NCBI GenBank assembly: GCA_017853275.1
Contig: JAFMJV010000003.1
Coordinates: 64,649-128,648 of the forward strand
Direction: 5' to 3'
Length of the DNA: 64,000 nucleotides
Source: Chloroflexota bacterium
GTDB lineage: Bacteria > Chloroflexota > Limnocylindria > Limnocylindrales > CSP1-4
Part shown: positions 51,875 through 61,097 of the stretch, in pieces
Position numbering within the stretch: the stretch's first letter is position 1
Layout of the letters: every line of letters starts with the position of its first letter
Made by a program: the position numbers and the translations under genes
The notes under the pieces: model-generated
What the model was told of the DNA's origin: nothing
Seen by the model: only the letters and a program-made list of their open reading frames with translations
Databases searched by the model: none

Positions 51875-53080
51875 TCACTCCGTGGGCGGCTCCGCGATGA
51901 GGCGCCGGCTCTCCAGGTGGTGGCGGATCGCGAGGAGCGCGGCGATCCCCTCGCCCACCGCGCTCCCCACCTGGCGCGTCGCCCCCCGGCGCACGTCGCC
52001 CGCGGCGAAGAGGCCGGGCATGGAGGTCGCGAAGCGGTCATCGGTGACGATGAAGCCACGCTCGTCCAGGTCGATGACGCCGCGCAGGAAGGCCGTGTTC
52101 GGGTCGAGGCCCACGAAGACGAAGGCGGCCGGGGCGGGGATCCGGAGCTCCTCGCCCGTCTCGCGGACGCGGGCGAGGACGGCGCCCAGGCGGCCATCCT
52201 GCGCCTCGAAGTCGACGAGGTCCGTCCCCGTGTGGACGGTGATCCGCGGGTGGCCCATCACCTTGTCCACGATCAGCCGGCTCGCCGAGAGCCCGCTCCG
52301 GGCGAGGATCGTCACGTGCTCCCCGATGCCCACGAGGAAGAGCGCCTCCTCCAGCGCGGAGTTCCCGCCGCCGATGACGACGAGGTCGCGCGCGCCGCGG
52401 TAGAAGGGGCCGTCGCAGGTGGCGCAGTAGTGGACGCCAAGGCCGATCAGGCCCTCCTCCCCGGGGACCCCCGCGCGCCGGTAGCGCGACCCCGTGGCGA
52501 GGAGGGCCGCCTCCGCGATGTAGCGGTCCCCGGTGGAGGTCGTGACCGCGATCCGGCCCAGCTCCGTCGCCACGCCGGCGACCTCCACGGCAGGGAGGAG
52601 CTCCACCTCGTAGCGCCGCGCGTGGGCGATCAGCCGGTCGGCGAGCTCGGCGCCGGTGAGGCCCTCCGGGAAGCCGGGGTAGTTGTCGATCCGCTCCGTC
52701 GTCCCTGCCTGGCCGCCGAGCCCGCCGCGCTCGATGACGAGCGCGGAGATCCCCTCGCGCGCGGCGTAGATCGCGGCCGCGAGCCCTGCCGGCCCGCCGC
52801 CCACGATCGCCAGGTCATAGGCGCTCCGGGTCGCCTTCAGCTGCAGGCCGAGCTTCGCGGCGAGCTCCGTGTTCGACGGCTCCAGGAGGACCGAGCCGTC
52901 CGGGAAGACGATCGTGGGGATCGTCCGGCCGCCGCCCTGGAGGCGCTCCACGTAGGCGCGACCCTCGGCGTCCTGGTCGATATCGACCCACGCGTAGTCG
53001 ATCCGCTGCTCGTTGAGGAAGCCCTTGGACCGGCGGCAATCGGGGCACCACGGGGCCCCATAGACGGTGATCCGGTCCAT
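51875..53080 (-). CDS. Glutaredoxin/NrdH-like domain fused to thioredoxin-disulfide reductase
   Basis: GGAGGATGGG precedes ATG 53080. N-terminal ITVYGAPWCPDCRRSK (CPxC). The body carries IVGGGPAGLAAAIYAAR, the CATCDG redox centre and GGGNSALEEALFL. Only the C-terminal 401 aa of track ORF 51875-54634 are used. Confidence 0.85.
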   Translation of the reverse strand: MDRITVYGAPWCPDCRRSKGFLNEQRIDYAWVDIDQDAEGRAYVERLQGGGRTIPTIVFPDGSVLLEPSNTELAAKLGLQLKATRSAYDLAIVGGGPAGLAAAIYAAREGISALVIERGGLGGQAGTTERIDNYPGFPEGLTGAELADRLIAHARRYEVELLPAVEVAGVATELGRIAVTTSTGDRYIAEAALLATGSRYRRAGVPGEEGLIGLGVHYCATCDGPFYRGARDLVVIGGGNSALEEALFLVGIGEHVTILARSGLSASRLIVDKVMGHPRITVHTGTDLVDFEAQDGRLGAVLARVRETGEELRIPAPAAFVFVGLDPNTAFLRGVIDLDERGFIVTDDRFATSMPGLFAAGDVRRGATRQVGSAVGEGIAALLAIRHHLESRRLIAEPPTE

Positions 53081-53193
53081 CCCATCCTCCAGCGATCGCT
53101 CCGCCGCGAGCCGCGGCCAACCGATCGTATCGGATTCAAGGCGGGGATCGCCGGGGCGGCCGGCGAAGGCGGAGTCCGGTGGCGGGCGCCGGC

Positions 53194-54405
53194 TCAGGCC
53201 CCGGCGGTCACCCTCCGCGCCACCGCCGCATAGGTAGCGGCACCGAGCGCCATCGACTCCTCGTCGAAGACGATCCGGTTCGAGTGGTTCCGCGGCGCGG
53301 TCGCGGGATCCTCGCCCGCGGGGCGGGCCCCGAGGAAGGCCATCGCACCGGGGACCTCGTCGATGACGTAGCTGAAGTCCTCGGCACCCATGAGCGGCGC
53401 GCTCATCTCGCGCACCACATCGGGTCCCGCGACCCTCCGCCCGACCTCCCGGACGAGCTCCGTGAAGGCCGCGTCGTTGAAGGTGACGGGGAAGCCGGGG
53501 TCGATCTCGATCTCCACGCTCGCGCCGTGCGCCGCGCAGATCCCCTCGGCGACCTGGTGGAGCCGTTGGCGCATCGCAGCGCGCGTCTCGCGGGAGAGGG
53601 AGCGGATCGTCCCCTCGAGGACGGCGACCTCCGGGATGATGTTGTTCGTCGTGCCCGCGCTCACCCGGCCGATCGTGAGGACGACCGGGTCGGCGGGCGC
53701 GTCCACCCGGCGGGTGACCATCAGCTGGAGCGCGATGATCAGCTCCGCGGCGACCGTGATCGGGTCCAGCGCGTTGTGCGGTGCGGACGCGTGGCCGCCG
53801 CGCCCGCGGATCGTGACCACGATCCGGTCCGCGCACGCGAGGAGCGGTCCGCTCCGGATGTTCAGGGTCCCGGCCGGGAAGTCGTTCGAGATGTGGATCG
53901 CGAATGCGCCCACCGGCCGCTCCCCGGCCCGCGCGAGCAGCCCTTCCTCGAGCATGAAGCGCGCCCCGTGGAAGCCTTCCTCGCCCGGCTGGAGCATGAG
54001 GAGGACCTTCCCCGCGAGCGAGGCGCGCTCGGCGAGAAGGAGCCGCGCCGCCCCGAGGAGCATCGCCACGTGCGTGTCGTGGCCGCACGCATGCATCCGG
54101 CCCGCGTGCTCGGAGCTGAAGGGGAGGCCGGTCTCCTCGGTGAGCGGGAGACCGTCCATGTCGGCGCGGAGGAGGACGACCGGACCCGGCCGCCCGCCCT
54201 CGATCACCGCGGTCACGCCCGAGGTCGTCCGGTCCAGGGTCGGCTCGAGGCCGATCTCCCGGAGCGCCGCAAGGACGATCTCCCGGGTGAGCGGCGTCTC
54301 GAGCCCGACCTCGGGGACCCGGTGGAGGCGCCGGCGGAGGTCCACGATCCAGGGAAGGATGCTGCGGGCGGCAGCGAGGTCGGCGGGCGAGGCGGTGGGC
54401 TCCAT
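53194..54405 (-). CDS. M20D-family amidohydrolase (N-acyl-amino-acid / hippurate hydrolase-like)
   Basis: ATG 54405. RRRLHRVPEVGLE...LLRADMDGLP..E...MHACGHDTH...HISND are M20 metal-ligand blocks. Confidence 0.8.
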   Translation of the reverse strand: MEPTASPADLAAARSILPWIVDLRRRLHRVPEVGLETPLTREIVLAALREIGLEPTLDRTTSGVTAVIEGGRPGPVVLLRADMDGLPLTEETGLPFSSEHAGRMHACGHDTHVAMLLGAARLLLAERASLAGKVLLMLQPGEEGFHGARFMLEEGLLARAGERPVGAFAIHISNDFPAGTLNIRSGPLLACADRIVVTIRGRGGHASAPHNALDPITVAAELIIALQLMVTRRVDAPADPVVLTIGRVSAGTTNNIIPEVAVLEGTIRSLSRETRAAMRQRLHQVAEGICAAHGASVEIEIDPGFPVTFNDAAFTELVREVGRRVAGPDVVREMSAPLMGAEDFSYVIDEVPGAMAFLGARPAGEDPATAPRNHSNRIVFDEESMALGAATYAAVARRVTAGA

Positions 54406-54458
54406 GCGCCGAGGATAGCGGGGCGCCGGTGTCGGAACGGGCGCTCCGCGCGTGGCGC

Positions 54459-55415
54459 TCAGCCCGCTCGGCCGAGATCGATGGGGACGCCCGGCAGGAG
54501 CTGCGGGTGCCGCTCCCCGAGCCAGCGACGGAAGGTCCGGTAGGCGGCCTCGCTCGCGGCCGTGTACGGCGGCAGGAGCCGGAGCGGCAGGCGCTCCTCG
54601 GTGACCCGCTGGAGCATCTTCTCGTACGCCCCATCGATATGGGGTCCGTCGCCGGCGAAGCGTGTGAGCGCTTCCTCGATCGCGAGGTAGGCCGGGTGCA
54701 TCGCCGCGAGCGTCTCGTGGTCGCCGGCTACCCCGGCCTCGAAGAAGCGCCAGGCGTGGGGGTCGTTCGTGGAGCTCAGCGACTGGAGCAGCCCGGGCTC
54801 GCCGATCGCGCACCCGATCGGGTAGCCGACCTCCGTCAGGAAGTGCCGGAGCATCGGCGCCTCCGTGAGGAGCGCGTGGATGCGCAGCGTGTCGCCGGTC
54901 CCGTTCTTGGTCCCCACCAGGTTCGGGTGCTCGGCCGCGAGCTCCGCGTAGAGCGGTGCAGCGATCAGTCGTCCCGCACGCAGCAGGTTGTAGTGGAGGA
55001 AGCGCGCCTCCGGCAGCCGCCACAGGAGGCCGCGCACGAAGGTCCGCACCTCGTCATCGGTGAGGACGCCCCATGCGGGTAGGGTGAACTGGAAGTCCCG
55101 GACCCCGGCCGCCATCGCCCGCTCCGCGCGCGCGATCAGGATGCCCATGGACTGGCCGATCAGGCCGACCATGGGGTGGGCATCCGGCGTATCCGCGCAC
55201 GCCGCCACGAAGTGACCGACGATCTCGTCGAACTGGGCGTCGGTCACCGCGTAGCCTTCGCCGGCGGTCCCGAAGACGTAGAGGTGACGGATGCCGCCCG
55301 CGAGACGCGAGCGCACGATCGACCGGAAGAGATCGGCGTCCAGCCGGTGCTCGGTGGTCCATGGGATGCAGACCGTGGGCAGGATCGTGCGTGGGAAGCG
55401 CGCTTCGAGGGACAT
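54459..55415 (-). CDS. DapA/NAL-family class I aldolase-like protein
   Basis: GGAGG RBS. LYVFGTAGEGYAVT (GTxGE motif) fits the dihydrodipicolinate synthase family. Substrate is unknown. Confidence 0.6.
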   Translation of the reverse strand: MSLEARFPRTILPTVCIPWTTEHRLDADLFRSIVRSRLAGGIRHLYVFGTAGEGYAVTDAQFDEIVGHFVAACADTPDAHPMVGLIGQSMGILIARAERAMAAGVRDFQFTLPAWGVLTDDEVRTFVRGLLWRLPEARFLHYNLLRAGRLIAAPLYAELAAEHPNLVGTKNGTGDTLRIHALLTEAPMLRHFLTEVGYPIGCAIGEPGLLQSLSSTNDPHAWRFFEAGVAGDHETLAAMHPAYLAIEEALTRFAGDGPHIDGAYEKMLQRVTEERLPLRLLPPYTAASEAAYRTFRRWLGERHPQLLPGVPIDLGRAG

Positions 55416-55471
55416 CAGGGCCTCCGTTCCGATGGATGCGAGCCGTTGGGCATGGTCCGTTGGCCGGCGGG

Positions 55472-56494
55472 TCAGCGCTGCGCCGCAGCGTGGGCGGCCA
55501 TCATCGCGCGCAGCGATCCGATCGGGCAGGTGGCCGGATCGGCCTGGAGCGCGCGCGCGACATCCGAGAGCGGACCCAGCTTGGCGAGGACGACTGCGGT
55601 CCCCATGCTCTCGATCTTGCGCCTGGCCTGGCGCCGGTCAAGGTGGTCGATGTCTCCCGAGGTGGCGATCCCGACCCGCAGGTGCCCCCGGCCGCGGCTC
55701 TCGGCGGCGAGCGTCGCCGCCCAGACGAGCATCTCGGGGTCGTCGACGCCCGGTTTCCGCGCATCGGCGGCACCGACCACGACCCCCTGCTCGGCCGGCA
55801 GCTGCTCGATGAGCCGCCACGCGTCCTCGCCGGCGGTCACGTCGATGAGGAAGCTCCGATAGGGGAGCGCCGCGATCCGGTCATGCGTGGAGCGATGCGG
55901 CGCCGCGCCGGTGAGCGCGAGCGAGAGGTGGGTCCCCTCCGGAACGGCCGCGACGAGCGCTTCCAGGGCGCCGGCGGCATCGTGCAGGGCGCCGGGGTCG
56001 TCGCCGAGCGCGGCGAGACCGGGCTCCTGGACCTGGATCACCGGGCAGGTCGCATCAAGGAGGGCGCGGGTCGTGGCGGCGAGGGCGTCCGCGAGCGCCG
56101 GCCGGATCGACGCCGCGCGCGCCGGGTCGCCGTCCGCGAGGGCCAGGCTCGCCGACCAGGGGCCGGGCAGGACCTGCTTGACGACCGCGTCGATCCCGTC
56201 GTCCGCCCAGCGCCACGCGGTGGCGATCTCGGCCGGCCCGATCGTCCCCGCGAGGAGACCGCGGGCGAGGGCGAGGCCGTCGCCGCCGGGCCAGCGCACC
56301 CATGCATCGTGGACCATCGCGAGCCCGGCGGCCGCCTGCTCGGCGACCAGCTCCGTGACCACGCGGTCGGCCGCGTCGGCATGGGCATCCGGCGATGACA
56401 GGTCGGAGGCCCGGCGATGCCGGGCCTCCGCCAGGGGATCCGTGACGCCGGGGAGAGCCCCCAGGGGGTACCCGCCGGCGAGCGTCGCGAACAC
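55472..56494 (-). CDS. Cobalamin-independent methionine-synthase-like (Meth_synt_2 / URO-D-like) protein
   Basis: 340 aa from a GTG start. The IQVQEPGL block resembles the IQIDEP motif of MetE C-terminal domains. Assignment is weak. Confidence 0.45.
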   Translation of the reverse strand: MFATLAGGYPLGALPGVTDPLAEARHRRASDLSSPDAHADAADRVVTELVAEQAAAGLAMVHDAWVRWPGGDGLALARGLLAGTIGPAEIATAWRWADDGIDAVVKQVLPGPWSASLALADGDPARAASIRPALADALAATTRALLDATCPVIQVQEPGLAALGDDPGALHDAAGALEALVAAVPEGTHLSLALTGAAPHRSTHDRIAALPYRSFLIDVTAGEDAWRLIEQLPAEQGVVVGAADARKPGVDDPEMLVWAATLAAESRGRGHLRVGIATSGDIDHLDRRQARRKIESMGTAVVLAKLGPLSDVARALQADPATCPIGSLRAMMAAHAAAQR

Positions 56495-56517
56495 CGCGAT
56501 CCGTCAGAAGGATGGCG

Positions 56518-56549
56518 CGACCCGGGGTCGCCGGAGCGACCCCGGGTCG
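56518..56549. terminator. Perfect 14-bp stem-loop between the SBP gene and the next gene (minus-strand operon)
   Basis: cgacccggggtcgc (56518-56531), cgga loop, gcgaccccgggtcg (56536-56549). It lies 10 nt downstream of the SBP stop at 56559. Confidence 0.5.
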
Positions 56550-56558
56550 GGATCCGTG

Positions 56559-57917
56559 TCAGGCCAGGAGCCACTCCTGGATGACCGCCTGGACCCCATC
56601 GATCGCGGCCTGATGGGCCGCGGCCGCGTCGTACTCGCCGGAGATCATCTTCGCTAGGACCTCGTCGAAGACCGGGTTCCAGTCGTACGGAGCGCCCCAG
56701 CGGTTCATCCCACCCTGGGACTGGACGGCCCAGATCGGGGTGAGGTCGGCGTCGTACTCCTGGATCGCCGGATCCTCCAGGACCGAGGTCCGCGTGGGCG
56801 GGTAGCGGTCCGGAGAGAGGGCGACCTGGAGGCAGACATCGCGCGAGAACTGGGTGAGCAGGTAGCTCTTGCCCGCGTCCTGGTTGAGGCTGAACCTGGA
56901 GAGGCCCAGGCCGTCCGAGCCGTTCACCGTGCCGGTCGAGCCGTCCACGATGCCCGGGTTCGCCATCCGGCCGAACTTCTCGATGAAGTCCCCCTCCGGG
57001 ACCGAATCCTCGCCGGCGATGATGAACGCGATGTTCCCCTGGGTGAAGAGGACGAACGTGTCGTGCTCGTTCTTCGTGTTGTTGTAGTCCGGATCCCAGA
57101 ACCCTTCCTTGAGACCGCGCTCGATGGTCTGGAAGGTCCGCAGGCCCTCCTCGCCGTCGAACATCAGCTGGGTCCGGTCATCGCTGAACATCGGCTTGCC
57201 CAGCGAGTTGTACATCTGCATGAAGTAGAAGGCCGCGAAGATGCCGCCCTCGCCCAGCCACGGCTGGACGCTCGGGATGATCCCCTGCTCCTTGAACTTC
57301 GGCGTGAGGTCGATCAGCTCGTCCCACGTCTTCGGCGGCTCGCTCAGCCCGATCTTCTCGAAGAGCTCCCGGTTGTAGGCGCTCAGGAAGCCGGAGTAGT
57401 GGATCGGCAGGCCGCGCAGGACACCATCGCTCGCCGTGAAGGTGGAGAGCGCGGAGGGGTAGTAGTCCTCCGTATCCAGCTCGCCCCACTCCGCGACCGG
57501 GGTCAGGATGCGGGCCCCGAAGCGAGCCATGAAATTGTCGCTCGTGTAGATCGTGTCCCAGTTCGAATCGGCGGTCGCGATCATCGCCGCGAGGACCGCC
57601 GGCTTCTCCGTGAACGGCACGTTCGTGAACGTCGCGTTGCCACCGGTCTGCGCATTCCAGACCGCCAGGCCGATGTGCTCGGCGTTCATGGAGTAGCCGC
57701 CGCTGAACCCCTGGAGGTTGACGCCCGCGAACGAGCCATCGCCCTCCAGCGCAGGGGTCGGCTGCGGGGTCGGCGACGCGTCCTGCGCCTTCACCGACCG
57801 AGCGCCTGCTGCGGCGGCGAACGCCGCCGCCCCGGCCGCGAGCCCGCCGGCGAGCACCTGCCGCCGAGAGACCTGCGCGTGGGTCAGGGCCTCCGCGCCC
57901 TTCTTGAGATCCGCCAT
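56559..57917 (-). CDS. ABC transporter solute-binding protein (family 1) with Tat-like signal
   Basis: GGAGGAGG RBS before ATG 57917. Twin-arginine signal SRRQVLAGGLAAGAAAFAAAAGARSVKA, then a family-1 SBP body. Confidence 0.8.
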   Translation of the reverse strand: MADLKKGAEALTHAQVSRRQVLAGGLAAGAAAFAAAAGARSVKAQDASPTPQPTPALEGDGSFAGVNLQGFSGGYSMNAEHIGLAVWNAQTGGNATFTNVPFTEKPAVLAAMIATADSNWDTIYTSDNFMARFGARILTPVAEWGELDTEDYYPSALSTFTASDGVLRGLPIHYSGFLSAYNRELFEKIGLSEPPKTWDELIDLTPKFKEQGIIPSVQPWLGEGGIFAAFYFMQMYNSLGKPMFSDDRTQLMFDGEEGLRTFQTIERGLKEGFWDPDYNNTKNEHDTFVLFTQGNIAFIIAGEDSVPEGDFIEKFGRMANPGIVDGSTGTVNGSDGLGLSRFSLNQDAGKSYLLTQFSRDVCLQVALSPDRYPPTRTSVLEDPAIQEYDADLTPIWAVQSQGGMNRWGAPYDWNPVFDEVLAKMISGEYDAAAAHQAAIDGVQAVIQEWLLA

Positions 57918-58011
57918 TCCCGCTACCTCCTCCAGGACCATCCGCTCCGGCCGGGCGGCCGGACACGGCTCATCTGAAGCACCGTGCAAGACACCCCCGG
58001 GGCGCCGCTCG

Positions 58012-59913
58012 TCAACCCTTCACAAGCCCCTCCGTGAGGCCGGCGATGATCCGCCGATGGAAGAGGAGGACGAGCAGGAGGCAGGGGAGCACCGCGACGA
58101 TGCCGGCGCTCGCGAGCATATTCGGCGGGGGCGTCTGGTTGAGCGTCTCGCCGAAGCCGAAGTTGTTCGTGCTCACGATGCGGCGGGTGATCGTGATCGT
58201 GTCCCGCTGCCCGAGCACGACCGCGAAGAGGAACTCATTCCAGGTGCCGATGAGCAGGAGGATCGCAGTCGCCGCGATCCCCGGCGCCGAGGCAGGCACG
58301 ACGATGCGGAAGAGGGTCCCCAGGCGTGAGCAGCCGTCGATCCGGGCTGCCTTCTCGAGCGAGATCGAGACGTCCGCGAAGAAGTTCCGCAGGAGCCAGA
58401 CGACGAGCGGGACCCAGAACGCCACGTTGACCAGGACGAGCGCCAGGACGGTGTCCGTGATGCGCAGGATCTGGAAGATCCGCAGCACCGGGATCGCCAT
58501 CACGACCGCCGGGACCATCTGGGTGAAGATCAGGATCGCGATGACCCCTCTCTTGCCGGGGAGGTCGTAGCGGGCGAGCGCGTATGCCGCAGGCGCGGAG
58601 AGGACGATGACGACGAGGGTCGTGATCAGCGAGACCTCGAGGCTCGTGATGAGCGAGGAGAACCAGACCGGGTCCCCATAGACCGTCCGGTATCCGTCGA
58701 GCCACAGGTCGAGCGTCAGCGTGGGCGGCATCGTCGTGAGGTTCCGCTCCGGCTGGACGCTGGAGATCATCACCCATGCGATCGGCGCGAAGAAGAAGAG
58801 GAAGAGGGCGATCGTCACGATGGCGAAGCCGACCTTGCCCGCTCGCGGGGGGATCCTCAGCCGCCGCCGTGGACCGCTCTCGTAGCGGGTCCCGGCCACG
58901 GCTGCCAGCTGCGCCGCCCGCCCTGCCACCGTCCAGGCACGCTGGTCGGATGCCCCGTCGTCTCCGCCGGACATCCCGGATGCGCGACGCCGTCCCTGGA
59001 TGAGGACGAGGAGGAGCGAGCACGCGACGATGAGCCCGAAGAGGATCACCGTGAGCGTGGACGCGTAGCCCAGGCTCAGGTTGTTGAACGCCTTGTCGTA
59101 GATCGCGTAGATCAGCACGTAGGTCTGACGCCCGGGACCACCGCTCGTGAGGCTGAAGAGCAGGTCGAAGACCTGGAGCCCGATGATGATCTGGAGGACG
59201 GCCACCACCAGCACCGTGGGGCGGATCGCCGGCAGGACGACCCACCGGAAGGTCTCCCAGCCGGTGGCTCCGTCCATGCGTGCCGCGCGGTAGTGCGAGG
59301 AGGGGATCGTGCGCAGGGCGGCGAGCAGGAGGAGCGCGAGGAGAGGCACCGACCGCCACGCGGTGGCGACGATCGCGATGACCACGGCGTTGCCGGTGTC
59401 CTGGAGCCAGTTGACCGGCTCCGCGATCAACCCGAGCCCGATGAGGAGCCCGTTCACGATCCCGAAGTGGGTGTCGAAGATGAAGCGCCAGAAGACGCCC
59501 GCCACGACCGAGGCGACCGCCCACGGTGTGAGCACGGCCATGAGGAAGATCCCCGATCCGCGGAAGCGCCGGTTGAGCACGAGCGCCGTGACGAGGGCGA
59601 GCGGGATCGTGACGAGCGTGACCGCTGCGGCGAAGAGCAGCGTGCGCGGGATCGTCTGAAGGACGACCTCGTCGATGGGCAGCCGCTCGAGGTAGTTGCG
59701 CAGGCCGACGAATGGCGTCAGATCGTCCTTGGCAAGCTCCACGCGGAAGAAGCTCAGACCGAAGACAGAGAGGATCGGGGGGAGAACGAAGGCCGCCACA
59801 AGGAGGAGCGCGGGTACGCTCACGAGCAGACCGAACCGCCGGTCGCTCAACCGGTCGAGGCGCGCCGTGATCGTCCCCCCTGCACGACCAAGCACCGTAC
59901 CGACCATGGACAT
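58012..59913 (-). CDS. Fused two-domain carbohydrate-type ABC permease (MalF-like plus MalG-like in one polypeptide)
   Basis: A single uninterrupted frame encodes two complete permease modules joined by the linker QGRRRASGMSGGDDGASDQRAW. Each has an EAA-loop-like motif (AARMDGATGWETFRWVVLPAI and AARIDGCSRLGTLFRIVVPAS). Confidence 0.75.
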   Translation of the reverse strand: MSMVGTVLGRAGGTITARLDRLSDRRFGLLVSVPALLLVAAFVLPPILSVFGLSFFRVELAKDDLTPFVGLRNYLERLPIDEVVLQTIPRTLLFAAAVTLVTIPLALVTALVLNRRFRGSGIFLMAVLTPWAVASVVAGVFWRFIFDTHFGIVNGLLIGLGLIAEPVNWLQDTGNAVVIAIVATAWRSVPLLALLLLAALRTIPSSHYRAARMDGATGWETFRWVVLPAIRPTVLVVAVLQIIIGLQVFDLLFSLTSGGPGRQTYVLIYAIYDKAFNNLSLGYASTLTVILFGLIVACSLLLVLIQGRRRASGMSGGDDGASDQRAWTVAGRAAQLAAVAGTRYESGPRRRLRIPPRAGKVGFAIVTIALFLFFFAPIAWVMISSVQPERNLTTMPPTLTLDLWLDGYRTVYGDPVWFSSLITSLEVSLITTLVVIVLSAPAAYALARYDLPGKRGVIAILIFTQMVPAVVMAIPVLRIFQILRITDTVLALVLVNVAFWVPLVVWLLRNFFADVSISLEKAARIDGCSRLGTLFRIVVPASAPGIAATAILLLIGTWNEFLFAVVLGQRDTITITRRIVSTNNFGFGETLNQTPPPNMLASAGIVAVLPCLLLVLLFHRRIIAGLTEGLVKG

Positions 59914-60088
59914 CCGCCGACCAACCCCCACCGGTACCCCGAGGCGGCCCGTCCGGGCCGGATTCGACGGTAGCAGCGCCCGAGGCCGGGCGTCAATGAT
60001 CTTTGATCTGACGGAGCCCTCCGCGCCCGCTATCGTTCGACGTGCAGATGGACCGGCCCATCGCTCCGGCCCGACCCCGAGGTGCCAC

Positions 60089-61087
60089 GTGTCGTTCACG
60101 GTCGTCCAGGTCGATCCCAGCCCCGACCTCGAGCCGTATGCGTGGGAGCGCGCCCGGCTCGCGGAGGCGGGCGGCACGCTCCGCGTCGCCGGCTGCACGG
60201 ATGCCGCGCAGGTCGTCCCCGCGCTCGCGGACGCGGACGTCGCGTGGCTCTCGTGGTCGCCGCCCATCGACCGCACCATCCTCCAGGGGCTCGCCCGCTG
60301 CCGGCTCGTGATCCGCTGGGGGATCGGCTACGACCAGATCGACGCGCAGGCGGCGACGGAGCTGGGGATCGCGGTCGCCAACTCGCCCACGTACGGCACG
60401 GAGGACGTGGCGGAGCTCGCCATCGGGCATCTCTTCGCGGTGATGCGCCGGATGCCCTGGGCCCACGCGGCGATGACCGCGGGCGGCTGGGTCGTCCCCG
60501 AGGAGCCGACCGTCCACCGGATCACCGGACGGACGCTGGGGCTCCTGGGCGTCGGCCGGATCGGCTCGGCGGTCGCACGGCGAGCGATCGGGCTCGGGAT
60601 GCGTGTGATGGGGACGGATATCGCGCGCAGCGACGCGGAGCTGCGGGCGATCGGCGTGGAGCCGGTGGGCCACGCGGAGCTCGCGGCGGCGTCGGATGCG
60701 ATCAGTGTCCACGTCCCCTACTCCGCCGCGAACCACCACCTTGTGGATGCCGCGTTCATCGCGCGGATGCGCCCCGGCGCCGTCCTCGTCAACACGAGCC
60801 GGGGCAAGGTGATCGACCAGGCGGCGCTCGTCGCGGCGCTCCGCGAGGGCCGGCTGGGCGGGGCGGGGATCGATGTCTACGAGGTGGAGCCGCCCGCATC
60901 GGACGATCCGATCCGCAGCGCGCCGAATGTCTCGCTCACCTGCCACCACGCCGGATTCACCCAGGAGGCGATCGTGGACCTGCGCGCGGAGATGGTGCGC
61001 ACCACGATCGACTTCATCACGACCGGCTGGTCGGACGCGATCGTCAACCCGGAGGTGCGGGGACGGCTCCGCCCGCCCGCCCGCTGA
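60089..61087 (+). CDS. D-isomer-specific 2-hydroxyacid dehydrogenase family protein
   Basis: GAGG lies 6 nt before GTG 60089 (alternative ATG 59996). GLLGVGRIGSAVARRA NAD motif, plus NTSRG and DVYEVEP blocks. Confidence 0.8.
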   Translation: MSFTVVQVDPSPDLEPYAWERARLAEAGGTLRVAGCTDAAQVVPALADADVAWLSWSPPIDRTILQGLARCRLVIRWGIGYDQIDAQAATELGIAVANSPTYGTEDVAELAIGHLFAVMRRMPWAHAAMTAGGWVVPEEPTVHRITGRTLGLLGVGRIGSAVARRAIGLGMRVMGTDIARSDAELRAIGVEPVGHAELAAASDAISVHVPYSAANHHLVDAAFIARMRPGAVLVNTSRGKVIDQAALVAALREGRLGGAGIDVYEVEPPASDDPIRSAPNVSLTCHHAGFTQEAIVDLRAEMVRTTIDFITTGWSDAIVNPEVRGRLRPPAR

Positions 61088-61097
61088 GTGGGGGCGC

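Noticed and set aside
51875-54634. 919-aa minus-strand ORF read as a single gene
   Set aside because: Only the C-terminal 401 aa (from ATG 53080, with a strong RBS) form the Grx-TrxR protein. The upstream part is RP-rich and overlaps the M20 amidohydrolase gene in another frame.
53194-55023. 609-aa minus-strand ORF read as a single gene
   Set aside because: The recognisable M20 domain begins at ATG 54405. The upstream extension overlaps the DapA-like gene (54459-55415), which has its own RBS.
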